Below, piece after piece: positions 19,903 through 31,828 of a stretch of DNA of 64,000 bases. Source of the DNA: an uncultured Chloroflexia bacterium. Its GTDB lineage: Bacteria > Chloroflexota > Limnocylindria > Limnocylindrales > CSP1-4. The first letter of the stretch is position 1, and every line of letters starts with the position of its first letter. The stretch spans positions 448,001-512,000 of the forward strand of contig CAVQJC010000020.1 in assembly GCA_963712745.1 (NCBI GenBank). The letters run 5' to 3'. The notes below the pieces were generated by a model. The model was given only the letters and a program-made list of their open reading frames with translations. It did not search any database and was not told the origin of the DNA. Both the position numbers and the translations under genes were made by a program.

Positions 19903-21351
19903 TCAGCCCGGCTGGGCCACCACCATGAGCTTGAGCTCGGTCATGTCCTCGATAGCCCAGCGCAGCCCTTCTCGACCGATTCCGCTCTCCTTGATGCCGC
20001 CGTAGGGCATGTGGTCGACACGGTAGGTCGGCACGTCGTTGATGACGACGCCGCCGACATCGAGCGTCTCGAACGCCCGCCAGGCGGTGCCGAGGTCATT
20101 GGTGAAGATGCCTGCCTGCAACCCGAACCGACTGGCGTTGATCTCGGCGAAGGCCTCCTCCACGTCGCTGAAGGGGAAGGCCACGACCAGCGGCGCGAAG
20201 GCCTCGGCGGAGCACACCTGCGCGGAACGCGGTGCGTCGGTGATGACGGTGGGCTGGAAGAAGAGGCCATCGGCACGGCCGCCGGTGAGGACCCTGGCAC
20301 CGTCGGCGACCGCCTCTGCCACCCAGCGCTCGGTGCGCTCGACCGCGGCGGTGTCGACCATGGGGCCGATGTCGGTGGCCGGGTCCATGGGGTCGCCCAG
20401 CTTGAGCGCAGATGTGGCGGCCACGAAGCGGTCCATGAAGGGAACCCACACGTCCTCGTGGACGAGCAGTCGCTGTACGCTGATGCAGACCTGCCCGCTG
20501 AAGGCGAAGGCCCCGGTCAGCGAGCGTTTGACCGCCCACTCGAGGTCGGCCGAGGCATCGACGATGGCGCCGGCGTTGCCACCCAGCTCGAGGACCACGG
20601 GCTTCTTGCCGGCGCGTTCCTTCATGCGCCAGCCGACAGCCGGCGAGCCGGTGAAGGAGAGCAGCTTGAAGCGCTCGTCGGCCACCAGACGGTCACCCAG
20701 CACGCGGTCCATGGGCAGCACCGAGACGGCCCCGGCCGGCAACCCGGCCTGGTCGAGGATCTCGGCCACGGTGAGCATCGTGAGCGGGTCACGCGACGGC
20801 GGTTTGAGCAGGATGGAGCAGCCGGCCGCGAGGGCGGGGGCAAGCTTGTGGGCAGCCAGGTTGAGCGGGAAGTTGAAGGGGCTGATACCGGCCACCGGGC
20901 CGATCGGGAAGCGACGGGTGAGCGCATGGCGGCCCTTGTGCGCCGGCCCGATATCGAGGGGCAGCGTCTCACCGCCGAGGCGTTCGGCCTCCTCTGCCGC
21001 GAGACGGAAGACGAGCACGCCGCGATCGACCTCCACGCCGGCGTCGCGGATGGACTTGCCCGACTCGCGGGTGATGAGCTCGGCCAGCTCGTCCCGGCGC
21101 GCGGCGATGCCGGCGCTGATGTGACGGAGGGCCGCAGCCCGCTCGTACGTGGGCAGCCGCTTCATGGCTTCGAAGCCATCGACCGCAGCAGCAGCGGCCT
21201 CCTCGTACTGTTCCTCGGTGGCCAGGAAGGTCGAGCCGGCGAGCTCGCCGGGATGGGCCGGGTCATCGACCTCGAGGGTCCGCGGCGAAGTCGTCCAGCG
21301 GCCGGCCAGGTAGATGGGATGGTCGTGGCGGTCAAGGTCGGTCTGGGTCAT
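19903..21351 (-). CDS. Aldehyde dehydrogenase family protein
   Basis: PFNFPLNL, FTGS, LELGGN, GQVCIS, EAFAP, PYGGIKESGIGREG. Confidence 0.92.
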   Translation of the reverse strand: MTQTDLDRHDHPIYLAGRWTTSPRTLEVDDPAHPGELAGSTFLATEEQYEEAAAAAVDGFEAMKRLPTYERAAALRHISAGIAARRDELAELITRESGKSIRDAGVEVDRGVLVFRLAAEEAERLGGETLPLDIGPAHKGRHALTRRFPIGPVAGISPFNFPLNLAAHKLAPALAAGCSILLKPPSRDPLTMLTVAEILDQAGLPAGAVSVLPMDRVLGDRLVADERFKLLSFTGSPAVGWRMKERAGKKPVVLELGGNAGAIVDASADLEWAVKRSLTGAFAFSGQVCISVQRLLVHEDVWVPFMDRFVAATSALKLGDPMDPATDIGPMVDTAAVERTERWVAEAVADGARVLTGGRADGLFFQPTVITDAPRSAQVCSAEAFAPLVVAFPFSDVEEAFAEINASRFGLQAGIFTNDLGTAWRAFETLDVGGVVINDVPTYRVDHMPYGGIKESGIGREGLRWAIEDMTELKLMVVAQPG

Positions 21352-21455
21352 GAGGACCCCATCGTAGCCATGCATCGACGCCGCTGGGCCGTCGGCAGGG
21401 GATTCCTGACGCGTCTTGTAGGCTGATAGAGAAGCCCCGCAGCAGGAGTGCATAC

Positions 21456-21959
21456 GTGCCGCAGTACCCGAACCCACCGGAGATGGTCATCGACCCGGCC
21501 AAGAGCTACACCGCCACCATCGAGACCACGGCCGGCACCATGACCGCCGAGCTCTACGCCTCGGAAGCGCCGCGCACGGTCAACAACTTCGTCTTCCTGG
21601 CGCGCGAAGGCTTCTACGGTGACGTGATCTTCCACCGCACCATCAGCGGCTTCATGATCCAGGGCGGCGACCCCACCGGCACCGGCTCGGGTGGCCCGGG
21701 CTACCGCTTCGAGGACGAGCCCGTCTCGCGCCAATACCTGCGCGGGACGCTGGCCATGGCCAACGCCGGACCCAACACCAACGGCAGCCAGTTCTTCGTC
21801 ATGCATGCCGACTACCCCCTGCCTCCGAACTACACCATCTTCGGGAAGCTCAGCGCCGGCGAAGAGGTCGTCGACGCTATCGTGGGGGCCCCCACGGGCG
21901 CGCAGGACCGCCCCGTGAACCCGGTGGCGATCAAGTCGGTGACCATCACCGAGGCCTGA
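21456..21959 (+). CDS. Cyclophilin-type peptidyl-prolyl isomerase
   Basis: FHR..GFMIQGGDPTGTGSGGPGY, MANAGPNTNGSQFF. Confidence 0.95.
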   Translation: MPQYPNPPEMVIDPAKSYTATIETTAGTMTAELYASEAPRTVNNFVFLAREGFYGDVIFHRTISGFMIQGGDPTGTGSGGPGYRFEDEPVSRQYLRGTLAMANAGPNTNGSQFFVMHADYPLPPNYTIFGKLSAGEEVVDAIVGAPTGAQDRPVNPVAIKSVTITEA

Positions 21960-21961
21960 GC

Positions 21962-22294
21962 GTGGGAACCAAGGGTACGCGGGCCAAGAGTGCCGGCATC
22001 GAGGCGACCGCCGAGCTGGAACGCGTGCTGGAGCCCCTGGGCATCGCCTCGCGCTCGATGTTCGGCGGCCACGGCCTGTTCAAGGACGACGTGATGTTCG
22101 CCATCGTCGACTCAGAGGGCCGGCTGTATCTGCGTGCCGACAGCTCTACCGCTCTCGCCTTCGAGGCTGCCGGCTCCACCCAGCACGCGCGCATGCCCTA
22201 CTGGGAGGTGCCGGAGCCGGTGCGCGAGGACTCCGAGCAGCTGCGCGAGTGGGCGGCCACGGCTGCCGAGGTCGCCGTCCGCAGTCGGCGCTGA
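21962..22294 (+). CDS. TfoX/Sxy N-terminal domain protein
   Basis: RSMFGGHGLF, LYLR, MPYWEVP, LREWA. Confidence 0.85.
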   Translation: MGTKGTRAKSAGIEATAELERVLEPLGIASRSMFGGHGLFKDDVMFAIVDSEGRLYLRADSSTALAFEAAGSTQHARMPYWEVPEPVREDSEQLREWAATAAEVAVRSRR

Positions 22295-22308
22295 CACGCC
22301 CTCGGCGA

Positions 22309-22515
22309 CTACTCCGGCGAGGCCGAGGGCAGCAGCACCTTGATGGCCTCGTCGATGGTCGGCGCGTCTGGCGCCTCCGAGCCGAAGAAGAAGAGCCAGG
22401 CCGCGGCGATGGCGGCGATGAACACGATCACGAGCACGACCGCGACCAGGCCCACGATGATCCAGCGGCGCCGACGTACGCGTTCCTGGTCCTGCATCTC
22501 TGGCGTACCGCTCAT
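22309..22515 (-). CDS. Small single-pass membrane protein
   Basis: AGGAGG RBS, basic patch, then one long hydrophobic helix. Confidence 0.55.
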   Translation of the reverse strand: MSGTPEMQDQERVRRRRWIIVGLVAVVLVIVFIAAIAAAWLFFFGSEAPDAPTIDEAIKVLLPSASPE

Positions 22516-22604
22516 CGACGTCCTCCTGGGGGTACCGCCCAGCGGCCACCCTTCCTGCCCCAAGCATAGTCTGCGTGCGGTGCACGACAGTCCTGTGACG
22601 GCGA

Positions 22605-23477
22605 TCAGATATCCGGCTCGACGCAGCGTGCGTAGCAGCCCATCACGCGGACCCACACGCAGACCGATCGCAGGTCCGCCAGGAAAGAACGTGCTGCTGC
22701 CTCATCACCGCAGACATCGGAGTCGATATCGACCCAGAAGACGTACTCCCAGCTGCCCTCGCGACTGGGCCGCGACTCGAGCTTGGTCATATTGATGCGA
22801 TGGTCGGCGATCACTCCGAGCGCTCGCACCAGCGTGCCCGGCTCGTTGCGCACGGAGAACGCGATGGCGCTGCGGCGACTACCGTCGACATCGGCCGTGG
22901 CCGGGACCGGCAGGGCGGTCGAGCTGGGCAGCGCCAGCACCAGGAAGCGGGTGCGGTTGCGCCGCTCGGCCTGGATGTCCTGGGCCAGCACCTCCAGGCC
23001 GTGGATCTCCGCGGCCCGAGGCGACAGCACCGCGGCCGAGCCCCGCTCCCCTGCCTCGCGGATGGCACGCCCGGCGCCGGCAGTGTTGGTGGCAGCCAGC
23101 AGGGTCCACTCACGAGAGCGCAGGAATGGCTCCGCCTGGGTCAGGGCCTGGATGTGCGAGTAGACCCGTTCGATCGACTCCAGCCGCTCGCCGGGCAGCG
23201 CTGCCAGGCACAGGCGGACGGGCACGATGACTTCGCCGACCACGGCTGCCTCGGTCTCGAGCAGTAGGTCGTAGACCTCGCGCACACCGCCGCCGACCAC
23301 ATTCTCGATGGGCAGGACGCCGGCCGCGACCACACCCGTCTGGACCGCCTCGACGACATCTCCGAACATGGGCACGGGCAAGGCGCGGGCATCAGGATAG
23401 GCCGCCAGCACCGCGTCCTCGGCGAAGGAGCCGGGTGCGCCGGCGAAGGCCACGCGCATCGCTGCCTCGGTCGTCAC
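22605..23477 (-). CDS. pheA: Prephenate dehydratase
   Basis: G.PGSF, LPIEN, YSH.QAL.Q, NRTRF, ACT domain with NMTKLESRP. Confidence 0.92.
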   Translation of the reverse strand: MTTEAAMRVAFAGAPGSFAEDAVLAAYPDARALPVPMFGDVVEAVQTGVVAAGVLPIENVVGGGVREVYDLLLETEAAVVGEVIVPVRLCLAALPGERLESIERVYSHIQALTQAEPFLRSREWTLLAATNTAGAGRAIREAGERGSAAVLSPRAAEIHGLEVLAQDIQAERRNRTRFLVLALPSSTALPVPATADVDGSRRSAIAFSVRNEPGTLVRALGVIADHRINMTKLESRPSREGSWEYVFWVDIDSDVCGDEAAARSFLADLRSVCVWVRVMGCYARCVEPDI

Positions 23478-23609
23478 CGCGCAAGCCTAGCGCCCCAGGG
23501 CAGAGAGCGACGGCGCCGAGGGTGTGGCCCCAGCACCGCGCGACGACCGCCACTGCCCCCCGGGCAGGGAGATGATCGACCCGGGTCAGCGGGCCCTGGC
23601 CAGCGCCGC

Positions 23610-25241
23610 TCAGACGGTCGGTTTCGCGGCCTGGCTCTGCTTCCAGATGGCGTATTCGAAGGAGTCGGCCAGGGCCGCCGCCGAAGCCGAGATGATGTTC
23701 GTGTCCGAGCCCATCGTCGACCATTCGTGGTCACCGTCGATGGAGTCGATGATCACCCGGGTCCGGGCCGCGGTGGCAGCCTGGCCATCGATGATGCGCA
23801 CCTTGTAGTCGACCAGGCGCATCGACTGCAGCTGCGGGTAGAACGCACCGAGTGCCTTGCGCAGCGCAGTGTCGAGCGCATTGACCGGGCCGTTGCCCTC
23901 GGCGGCGGTGTGCAGGACCTCACCGTCGACCCTGACCTTGACCGTGGCTTCCGAGAGGAAGTCGCGGCCCAGCCGTTGTTCCGAGAGCGTGGTGTAGTCG
24001 AGGATCTCGAAGGGTGCCTCGTAGTTGGCGCTCTTGCGCCGGATGAGAAGTTCGAACGAGGCTTCCGCGCCCTCGAAGGCGAGGCCCTGGTTCTCGAGCT
24101 CCTTGATGGTCTCTGACAGCACCTTGGGATCGATGCCCTCGAGGTTGTGGCCCAGCTGCTCGGCACGGATGCGCGTGTTGGCGCGGCCCCCGAGCTCCGA
24201 GACGACGAGGCGGCTCTCGTTACCCACGAGGACCGGGTCCACGTGCTGGTAGCTGTGCTCGACCTTGGCTACCGCGGCACCGTGGACGCCGCCCTTGTGC
24301 GCGAAGGCGGAGCGGCCCACGAAGGGCTGGTAGTCGAGTGGCGTGACATTGGCGATCTCCGCCACCGAGCGAGAGAGCGAGGTCAGGTGGCTGATGTCGC
24401 CGCCACCGACGGGGGCCAGCTGAAGCTCTGTCTTGAGCGCCAGGTTGGCCATCACGCTGACCATGTTGGCGTTGCCGCAGCGCTCGCCGTAGCCATTGAT
24501 GGTGGCCTGCACGTGGCGGGCACCGGCGGCCACGGCCGCCATCGTGTTGGCCACCGCCAGCTCGGCATCGTTGTGGGTGTGGATGCCCCAGGTCACCTCG
24601 GGCGCATCGGGGTCGGCGGCCAGCGACTCGCGGGTGTCGCTGAAGATGGCCACCAGCTCCCCGGTGAGGGTGCCGCCGTTGGTGTCGCAGAGCACGATGT
24701 CGCGGGCACCGGCCTGGCGCGCAGCGCGCAGCGTGTTCAGCGCGTACTCACGGTCGGCCTTGTAGCCGTCGAAGTAGTGCTCGGCATCGTATACGACGGT
24801 GCGGCCCTGCTCGCGGATCCACTGGACCGACTCCGCGATCATGTCCAGGTTCTGGTCGAGGGACGCACCCAGCACCTCGATGGCGTGGAGCGTCCAGGAC
24901 TTGCCGAAGATGGTCACCACCGGCGTCTCCGCGCGCACCAGCTCGTTGAGGAATGGATCCTCGGCGGCGGTGTTGGCGCGGTGGCGCGTGGAGCCGAACG
25001 CCGCCAGCTTGGCGTTGGTCCAGGTCATCTTCTTGGCGGCGGCGAAGAACTCGATGTCCTTGGGGTTGGAACCCGGCCAGCCGCCCTCGATGAAGGGCAT
25101 GCCGTACTCGTCGAGCATCCGCGCGACACGGATCTTGTCCGCGAGCGAGAGGGTGATGTTCTCGCCCTGGGTCCCGTCGCGAAGGGTCGTGTCGTAGAGG
25201 ACGACCGGCTTGTCTGCGGCCGGTGCTAGGTCGGTGCTCAC
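23610..25241 (-). CDS. cimA: Citramalate synthase
   Basis: YDTTLRDGTQGE, EGGWPGSNPKD, DAEHYFDG, H.HND, AFAHKGGVH, FEGAEASFEL. Confidence 0.9.
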   Translation of the reverse strand: MSTDLAPAADKPVVLYDTTLRDGTQGENITLSLADKIRVARMLDEYGMPFIEGGWPGSNPKDIEFFAAAKKMTWTNAKLAAFGSTRHRANTAAEDPFLNELVRAETPVVTIFGKSWTLHAIEVLGASLDQNLDMIAESVQWIREQGRTVVYDAEHYFDGYKADREYALNTLRAARQAGARDIVLCDTNGGTLTGELVAIFSDTRESLAADPDAPEVTWGIHTHNDAELAVANTMAAVAAGARHVQATINGYGERCGNANMVSVMANLALKTELQLAPVGGGDISHLTSLSRSVAEIANVTPLDYQPFVGRSAFAHKGGVHGAAVAKVEHSYQHVDPVLVGNESRLVVSELGGRANTRIRAEQLGHNLEGIDPKVLSETIKELENQGLAFEGAEASFELLIRRKSANYEAPFEILDYTTLSEQRLGRDFLSEATVKVRVDGEVLHTAAEGNGPVNALDTALRKALGAFYPQLQSMRLVDYKVRIIDGQAATAARTRVIIDSIDGDHEWSTMGSDTNIISASAAALADSFEYAIWKQSQAAKPTV

Positions 25242-25265
25242 GGTGCTCTCCCCGTTCTGATGCGG

Positions 25266-26393
25266 CTAGACGGTGTGCAACTGCGCCGCCACGGCCTCGC
25301 CGAAGGCGGCAGTGCCGACGCTGACCCAACCGCGAGCCTCGCCGTCGGGGCCCATCAGGTCCTTCGTGCGAGTCCCGCCGTCGAGCGTGGCGCGAACGGC
25401 TGTCTGGATGGCATCGGCCGCCGCCGACTGGCCCAGAGACCAGCGCAGCATCATGGCCGCCGACAGGATGGTGGCGGTGGGGTTGGCGATGTCGAGGCCG
25501 GTCTTGGCCGGGGAAGAGCCGTGGATGGGCTCGTACATCCCGGTCGTCCCGTGCTCGGTCTTGCGTTCGCCGAGCGAGGCGCTGGGCAGCATGCCCAGCG
25601 ATCCGGCGAGGACCGAGGCCTCGTCACTGAGGATGTCTCCGAACATGTTGCCGGTGACGATGACGTCGAACGAGGCCGGCTTGGTGATGAGGGACATGGC
25701 CGTGGAGTCGACGAGCCGGTGCTCCAGCTCGACATCGGGATAGGCCGGGGCGATCTCGTCGGTGACTGCCCGCCACAGCCGGCTGTTGGCCAGCACGTTG
25801 GCCTTGTCCACGCTGGTCAGCTTCTTGCGCCGGCCGCGAGCGAGCTCGAAAGCGAGCTCGACGATACGACGGATCTCCGGCTCGGTGTAGGCCATGGTGT
25901 CGTAGGCCTCGCGCCCATGGGGCCCCTCGAAGGCCTCCTCGCGCTTGCCGAAGTAGATGCCGCCGGTGAGCTCGCGGACGATCATCATGTCCACGCCCTC
26001 GATGAGGTCCGCCCGCAGCGGCGAGGCCTCCTTGAGCGAGGGCTCGACCGAGACCGGTCGGAGGTTGGCGTAGAGACCCAGCACCTTGCGCATCTTGAGC
26101 AGCCCCTGCTCGGGGCGCACCTTGGCTGCGGGGTCGTCCCACTTGGGGCCGCCGACCGCGCCCAGCAGCACGGCATCGGCGGCCAGCATGATATCGAGGT
26201 CTTCGTCGCGAACGGCCGTGCCGTAGGCGTCGATGGCGACGCCGCCGGCCTTCACCTCTGTCCACTCGATGTCGAAGCCGAAGCGCTCCTGGGCCGCGGT
26301 CAGCACGACCAGGCTGGCCTCGACGATCTCCGGCCCGATGCCGTCACCGGGGATCTTGACGACCTTGTAGGTGGGAGTGCCTTCCGGGCTCAA
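25266..26393 (-). CDS. leuB: 3-isopropylmalate dehydrogenase
   Basis: PGDGIGPEI, GAVGGPKWD, RELTGGIYFG, NMFGDILSDEAS, EPIHGS. Confidence 0.95.
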   Translation of the reverse strand: MSPEGTPTYKVVKIPGDGIGPEIVEASLVVLTAAQERFGFDIEWTEVKAGGVAIDAYGTAVRDEDLDIMLAADAVLLGAVGGPKWDDPAAKVRPEQGLLKMRKVLGLYANLRPVSVEPSLKEASPLRADLIEGVDMMIVRELTGGIYFGKREEAFEGPHGREAYDTMAYTEPEIRRIVELAFELARGRRKKLTSVDKANVLANSRLWRAVTDEIAPAYPDVELEHRLVDSTAMSLITKPASFDVIVTGNMFGDILSDEASVLAGSLGMLPSASLGERKTEHGTTGMYEPIHGSSPAKTGLDIANPTATILSAAMMLRWSLGQSAAADAIQTAVRATLDGGTRTKDLMGPDGEARGWVSVGTAAFGEAVAAQLHTV

Positions 26394-28008
26394 GCTTCGG
26401 TCTCCTTCCCGGCCTCGGTCGCTTGATCCGCTGCCGCCTCGTGCCAGAGCAGCTTCTCCAGCCCGGCCAGATAGGCCTCCAGGGAGGCCTCGATGATGTT
26501 GGTGGACAGTCCGTGACCGTTGACGGTCTCGGCCGTTCCCTCGGGATCGATCGAACGCCGGGCCCGGACCATCACCTGGCCCTGGGCGTCCTCGCCGCCC
26601 GAGACCGCGCGGATCTCGTACTCAGCCAGGCGTGGGTACCAGCCGATGATGGGCTCGACGGCCTTGTCCACGGCCGCGAAGAGCGCGTCGACGGGGCCGT
26701 TGCCCTCGGCCAGCGCTTCGGCCGACTCACCCTTGACGACAAGTGAGACCGCTCCCTTGGCCACGCCGCCCTTGCCCGTGCTGATGGACCAGTCCTCGAG
26801 CTTGACCGGTGAATCGGGTGCCGCCGCCTCATCCTTGCCGGCGCCGGAGGCCTGGGCCTCGACGAGGGCAGTGAGGTCGGCGTCGGTGACTTCCTTCTTG
26901 GCATCGGCCAGGGCGATGGCCTGGCGGTAGACGCGGTCGAGCGCCTCGCCCTCGAGCTCGTAGCCCAGCTCGGCCAGCTTGCCCTGCAGGCCGCGGCGGC
27001 CGGAGAGCTTGCCCACCGACAGGCGTGAGCCGGCCAGGCCCACCGACTGCGGCGTCATGATCTCGTAGGTCAGCGCGTTCTTGAGCACGCCGTCCTGGTG
27101 GATGCCCGACTCGTGGGCAAAGGCATTGCGGCCCACGATGGCCTTGTTGGGCTGGACCGCGAAACCGGTCAGGTAGCTGACCAGCCGGCTGGCGTTGCTG
27201 ATCTGCTCGGTGTTGATGCCGTGGCCGGCCACCTGGAACTCGGTGGGGCGGGTGCGCAGCGCCATCACCACTTCCTCCAGGGAGGCGTTGCCGGCGCGCT
27301 CGCCGAGGCCGTTGATGGTCACCTCCACCTGGCGCGCACCGGCCTGTACGGCCGCGAGCGTGTTGGCCGTCGCCAGGCCCAGGTCGTTGTGACAGTGGAC
27401 GCTGATGACGGCGCCAGAGCCGACGCGGTCGACGACCATCTGGGTCAGACGGCCGAACTCGGCAGGGATGGCATAGCCGACGGTATCGGGGATGTTGACG
27501 GTAGTGGCACCGGCATCGACCACGGCCTCGTAGACCTTGAGCAGGAAGTCGTGCTCGGTGCGGCTGGCATCCTCGGCACTGAACTCGATCTCGGCGTCAG
27601 GTCCCAGGCGCTTGCGCGCGTAGCTGACCCACTTGACCGCCGCCGCGAGCGCTTCCTCGCGGGACATCTTCAGCTTGTGCTTGAGGTGGATGTCGCTGGT
27701 GGCGATGAAGAGGTGCAGGTGCGGCTTCTCCGCCGGCAACAGCGCCTCCACCCCACGCTGGGGATCGCCGTCCTTGCAGCGGGCGAGGCCGGCCACGGCG
27801 ATACCCTTGGTCTCGGTGGCGATGCGCTGGACGGCTTCGAAATCGCCGGGCGAGGCGGCCGGAAAGCCGGCCTCGATGACGTCGACCCTGAGGCGGGCGA
27901 GCTGGCGGGCGACCTCGATCTTCTCGGCCACCGTGAGCCCGGCACCGGGCGCCTGCTCACCGTCACGCAGGGTGGTATCGAATATGCGTACCGGTACGTC
28001 GGCAGTCA

Positions 28009-28009
<1 letters not shown>
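26390..28009 (-). CDS. leuA: 2-isopropylmalate synthase
   Basis: FDTTLRDGEQAPG, HCHNDLGLA, GERAGN, HESGIHQDG, GNGPVDA. Confidence 0.95.
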
Positions 28010-29076
<1,067 letters not shown>

Positions 29077-29091
29077 GTGTGGGAATCCCTC

Positions 29092-29727
29092 CTACTCGGT
29101 CGCGGGTCGTGTGGTGGTGGGAGTGGTAGCCGGTTCAGGCCCGGCACGCAGGATGGCCTCGAGGTCGATGGCGCCGGAGCCGCGGCCGAGGGCGATGGTG
29201 CCGGTGCGGACCATCTCCTTGATACCGAAGCCGCCGAGCAAGGCCACGAGCGAATCGATCTCCTGCTCGGTGCCGCTGTGTTCGATGATCACCGTCTCGG
29301 GGCCGACGTCGAGGACGCGGCCCTTGTACAGCTCGATGATGCGCAGGATCTCGCCGCGCTTGGATTCGGTGGCACGGACCTTGATCAGCGCCAGCTCGTG
29401 CTCGACCACGCCCGACTCGGGCAGGTCCTGCACCTTGAGCACGTCGATGAGGCGGTAGAGCTGCTTGCCCATCTGCTCGACGGCGAAGTCGTCCCCGCGC
29501 AGGGTGATGGTCATGCGGCTGATGTCGGGCCGCTCGGTGTGGCCGACGGCCAGCGACTCGATGTTGAAGTTGCGGCTGCGGACCATGCTGGCCACGCGAT
29601 TGAGCACACCGGGCTGGTTGTTGACCAGCACCACCAGCACGTGGCGGTGGGTCTGGCCCGAGCCCGGGACGTAGCGTGCCCTGGGCACGTTCTTGGCTGG
29701 GGCCGAGATGGGATCGTTCATGGCCAT
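29092..29727 (-). CDS. ilvN: Acetolactate synthase small regulatory subunit
   Basis: V.NQPGVLNRV, NIESLAVG, ELALIKV, EMVRTG. Confidence 0.93.
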   Translation of the reverse strand: MAMNDPISAPAKNVPRARYVPGSGQTHRHVLVVLVNNQPGVLNRVASMVRSRNFNIESLAVGHTERPDISRMTITLRGDDFAVEQMGKQLYRLIDVLKVQDLPESGVVEHELALIKVRATESKRGEILRIIELYKGRVLDVGPETVIIEHSGTEQEIDSLVALLGGFGIKEMVRTGTIALGRGSGAIDLEAILRAGPEPATTPTTTRPATE

Positions 29728-29729
29728 GG

Positions 29730-31649
29730 CTAGCGCTCCTCGCCCTCGACCGCGTCGGCCTTCATGTCGGTGCCGTCCTCGCTCTGGGGGGGCTGGTCCT
29801 GGCCCATGTCATCGATGAGGTCGGAGAGGCCCTTGCCCGCGGGCATCATCGGCAGCACGTTCTGCGTCTGTTCGATCTCGAACCACACCAGCGCCGGCCC
29901 GTCGTGGGCCTGGGCGCCGCGGATGGCCTCGTCGACCTGCTCGGGTGAACTGGCCTTGAACGTAGGCATGCCGTAGGCCTCGGCCAGCTTGTCCCACTGG
30001 GGGGCCGGCAGGTCGCTGGAGTGGTAGTTGCCGCCGTAGACGATCTCCTGCCACTGCCGGATCATGCCCAGCTTCTTGTTGTCCATGAGGGCGATCTTCA
30101 CCGGGATGTGGTCGACCACCGTGGTCAGCATCTCCTGGATGGTCATCTGCAGACCACCGTCGCCGACCACCGCCCACGTCTCCTTGTCGGGACGTCCCAG
30201 GGCGGCACCCATGGCCGCGGGCAAGCCGAAACCCATCGTGCCCAGGCCGCCGGAGCTGAGGTGGCTGTCGGGCCGGCGGAACCCGGCGTAGCGGGCCAGC
30301 CACATCTGGTGCTGGCCGACGTCCGAGACGAGAGTGGCGTCGTGGTCGGTGAGCTCGCCGAGGCGTTCTATCACGTAGTCGGCCGTGAGCAGGCCCTGCT
30401 TCCAGCCGCCCGAGCCGTGCCACGAGATCGACTCCGACTCGGTGCGCCATTCGGCCAGCTCGTCGAAGTAGGCCCTTCGCTCGGCGGGGTCCACTTCCGG
30501 GACCGCCTTGATGAACTCGCGCAGGACGTTGCGGACGTCGCCCACGATGGGGATGTCGACGGCCACGTTCTTGCCGATCTCCGATGGGTCGATGTCGACG
30601 TGGATGATCTGAGCATTGGGCGCGTAGGTGCTGACCGAGCCGGTGACCCGGTCGTCGAAGCGCATGCCCAGGGCGATGAGCAGGTCGGCCGACTGGATGG
30701 CCTTGTTCACGTGCTTCCAGCCGTGCATGCCCATGTACCCGTAGGAGAGCGGGTCGGTCTCGTCGATGGCGCCCACGCCCAGCAGCGTATGGGTGACGGG
30801 GATCTGGGCCTTATGCGCGAAGGTGCGCAGCTCATCGCTCGCGCGGGCGATGAGGATGCCGTGGCCGGCGAGGATGACCGGGCGCTTGGCCTCGGCGATG
30901 GCTCTGGCCGCCAGCTTGACCTGCCGCGGGTGACCGTCGAAGCGGGGCTTGAATCCGGGCAGGTCAAGCACCGTCGGGTCCTGGGCACGCGTCTCGGCCG
31001 TGAGCGCGTCCTTGGTGAAGTCGATGTGGACGGGGCCCGGGCGACCGGTGCGGGCGATGTGGAAGGCCTCCGCCACCACGCGCGGGATGTCGTCGGCGTT
31101 GCGCACGAGGTAGTTGTGCTTGGTCATCGGCAGCGTGATGCCGCTGATGTCGATCTCCTGGAAGGCGTCCTTGCCCAGCAGCGCGCCGGGCACGTTGCCG
31201 GTGAGCGCGACCATCGGCACCGAGTCGAGCTGGGCGGTGGCGATGCCGGTCACGAGGTTGGTGGCGCCAGGGCCGGACGTGCCCAGGCACACGCCGACGC
31301 GGCCGCTGGCGCGAGCGTAGCCGTCGGCAGCATGTGCGGCTCCCTGCTCGTGGCGGACCAGGATCGTGCGTAGCTCGGGATAGTCAGCCCAGACGTCGTA
31401 GAGCGGCAGGATCACGCCTCCGGGATAGCCGAAGATGACGTCGACGCCCTGGTGGATGAGCGCTTCGCACAGCGCGTCGGCGCCGATACGATCGCGCTGA
31501 CCGATGCGGCCCTGCTGGAGCATGTCGGCGCGCGCCTTCTCGACGGCCGCAGTCTCGGCAGACCCGGGGTTGGGCAGATGCCGGCCACGCCCAGGTGGGG
31601 CGGGCGCTTGCGGCGTCGCCGCGGTAGTGCTCATCTTTTCGGTGGTCAT
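29730..31649 (-). CDS. ilvB: Acetolactate synthase large subunit
   Basis: FGYPGG, RHEQGAAHAADGYAR, TSGPGATN, RFDDRVTG, GDGG..M TPP motif. Start codon uncertain. Confidence 0.95.
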   Translation of the reverse strand: MTTEKMSTTAATPQAPAPPGRGRHLPNPGSAETAAVEKARADMLQQGRIGQRDRIGADALCEALIHQGVDVIFGYPGGVILPLYDVWADYPELRTILVRHEQGAAHAADGYARASGRVGVCLGTSGPGATNLVTGIATAQLDSVPMVALTGNVPGALLGKDAFQEIDISGITLPMTKHNYLVRNADDIPRVVAEAFHIARTGRPGPVHIDFTKDALTAETRAQDPTVLDLPGFKPRFDGHPRQVKLAARAIAEAKRPVILAGHGILIARASDELRTFAHKAQIPVTHTLLGVGAIDETDPLSYGYMGMHGWKHVNKAIQSADLLIALGMRFDDRVTGSVSTYAPNAQIIHVDIDPSEIGKNVAVDIPIVGDVRNVLREFIKAVPEVDPAERRAYFDELAEWRTESESISWHGSGGWKQGLLTADYVIERLGELTDHDATLVSDVGQHQMWLARYAGFRRPDSHLSSGGLGTMGFGLPAAMGAALGRPDKETWAVVGDGGLQMTIQEMLTTVVDHIPVKIALMDNKKLGMIRQWQEIVYGGNYHSSDLPAPQWDKLAEAYGMPTFKASSPEQVDEAIRGAQAHDGPALVWFEIEQTQNVLPMMPAGKGLSDLIDDMGQDQPPQSEDGTDMKADAVEGEER

Positions 31650-31759
31650 GGCTGCTGCCCTTCCCTGCTGCTCGGTGCTCGCTCGCTCTCGATGGTTGTC
31701 GCTTGATGGTCTCCGCCGCTCTAGCCGTCGGTCACCGATGTGACCCGTCGGTCGCCGAC

Positions 31760-31793
31760 ACAACAAAGACCCTCGCCGTTCCCGGCGAGGGTC
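31760..31793 (-). terminator. Intrinsic terminator (attenuator) upstream of ilvB
   Basis: Perfect 11-bp stem GACCCTCGCCG-GGAA-CGGCGAGGGTC followed by TTTGTTGT on the minus strand. Confidence 0.85.
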
Positions 31794-31828
31794 CCTGGGT
31801 GGTTCGACGTCCGTCGCGCCTCGCGGCG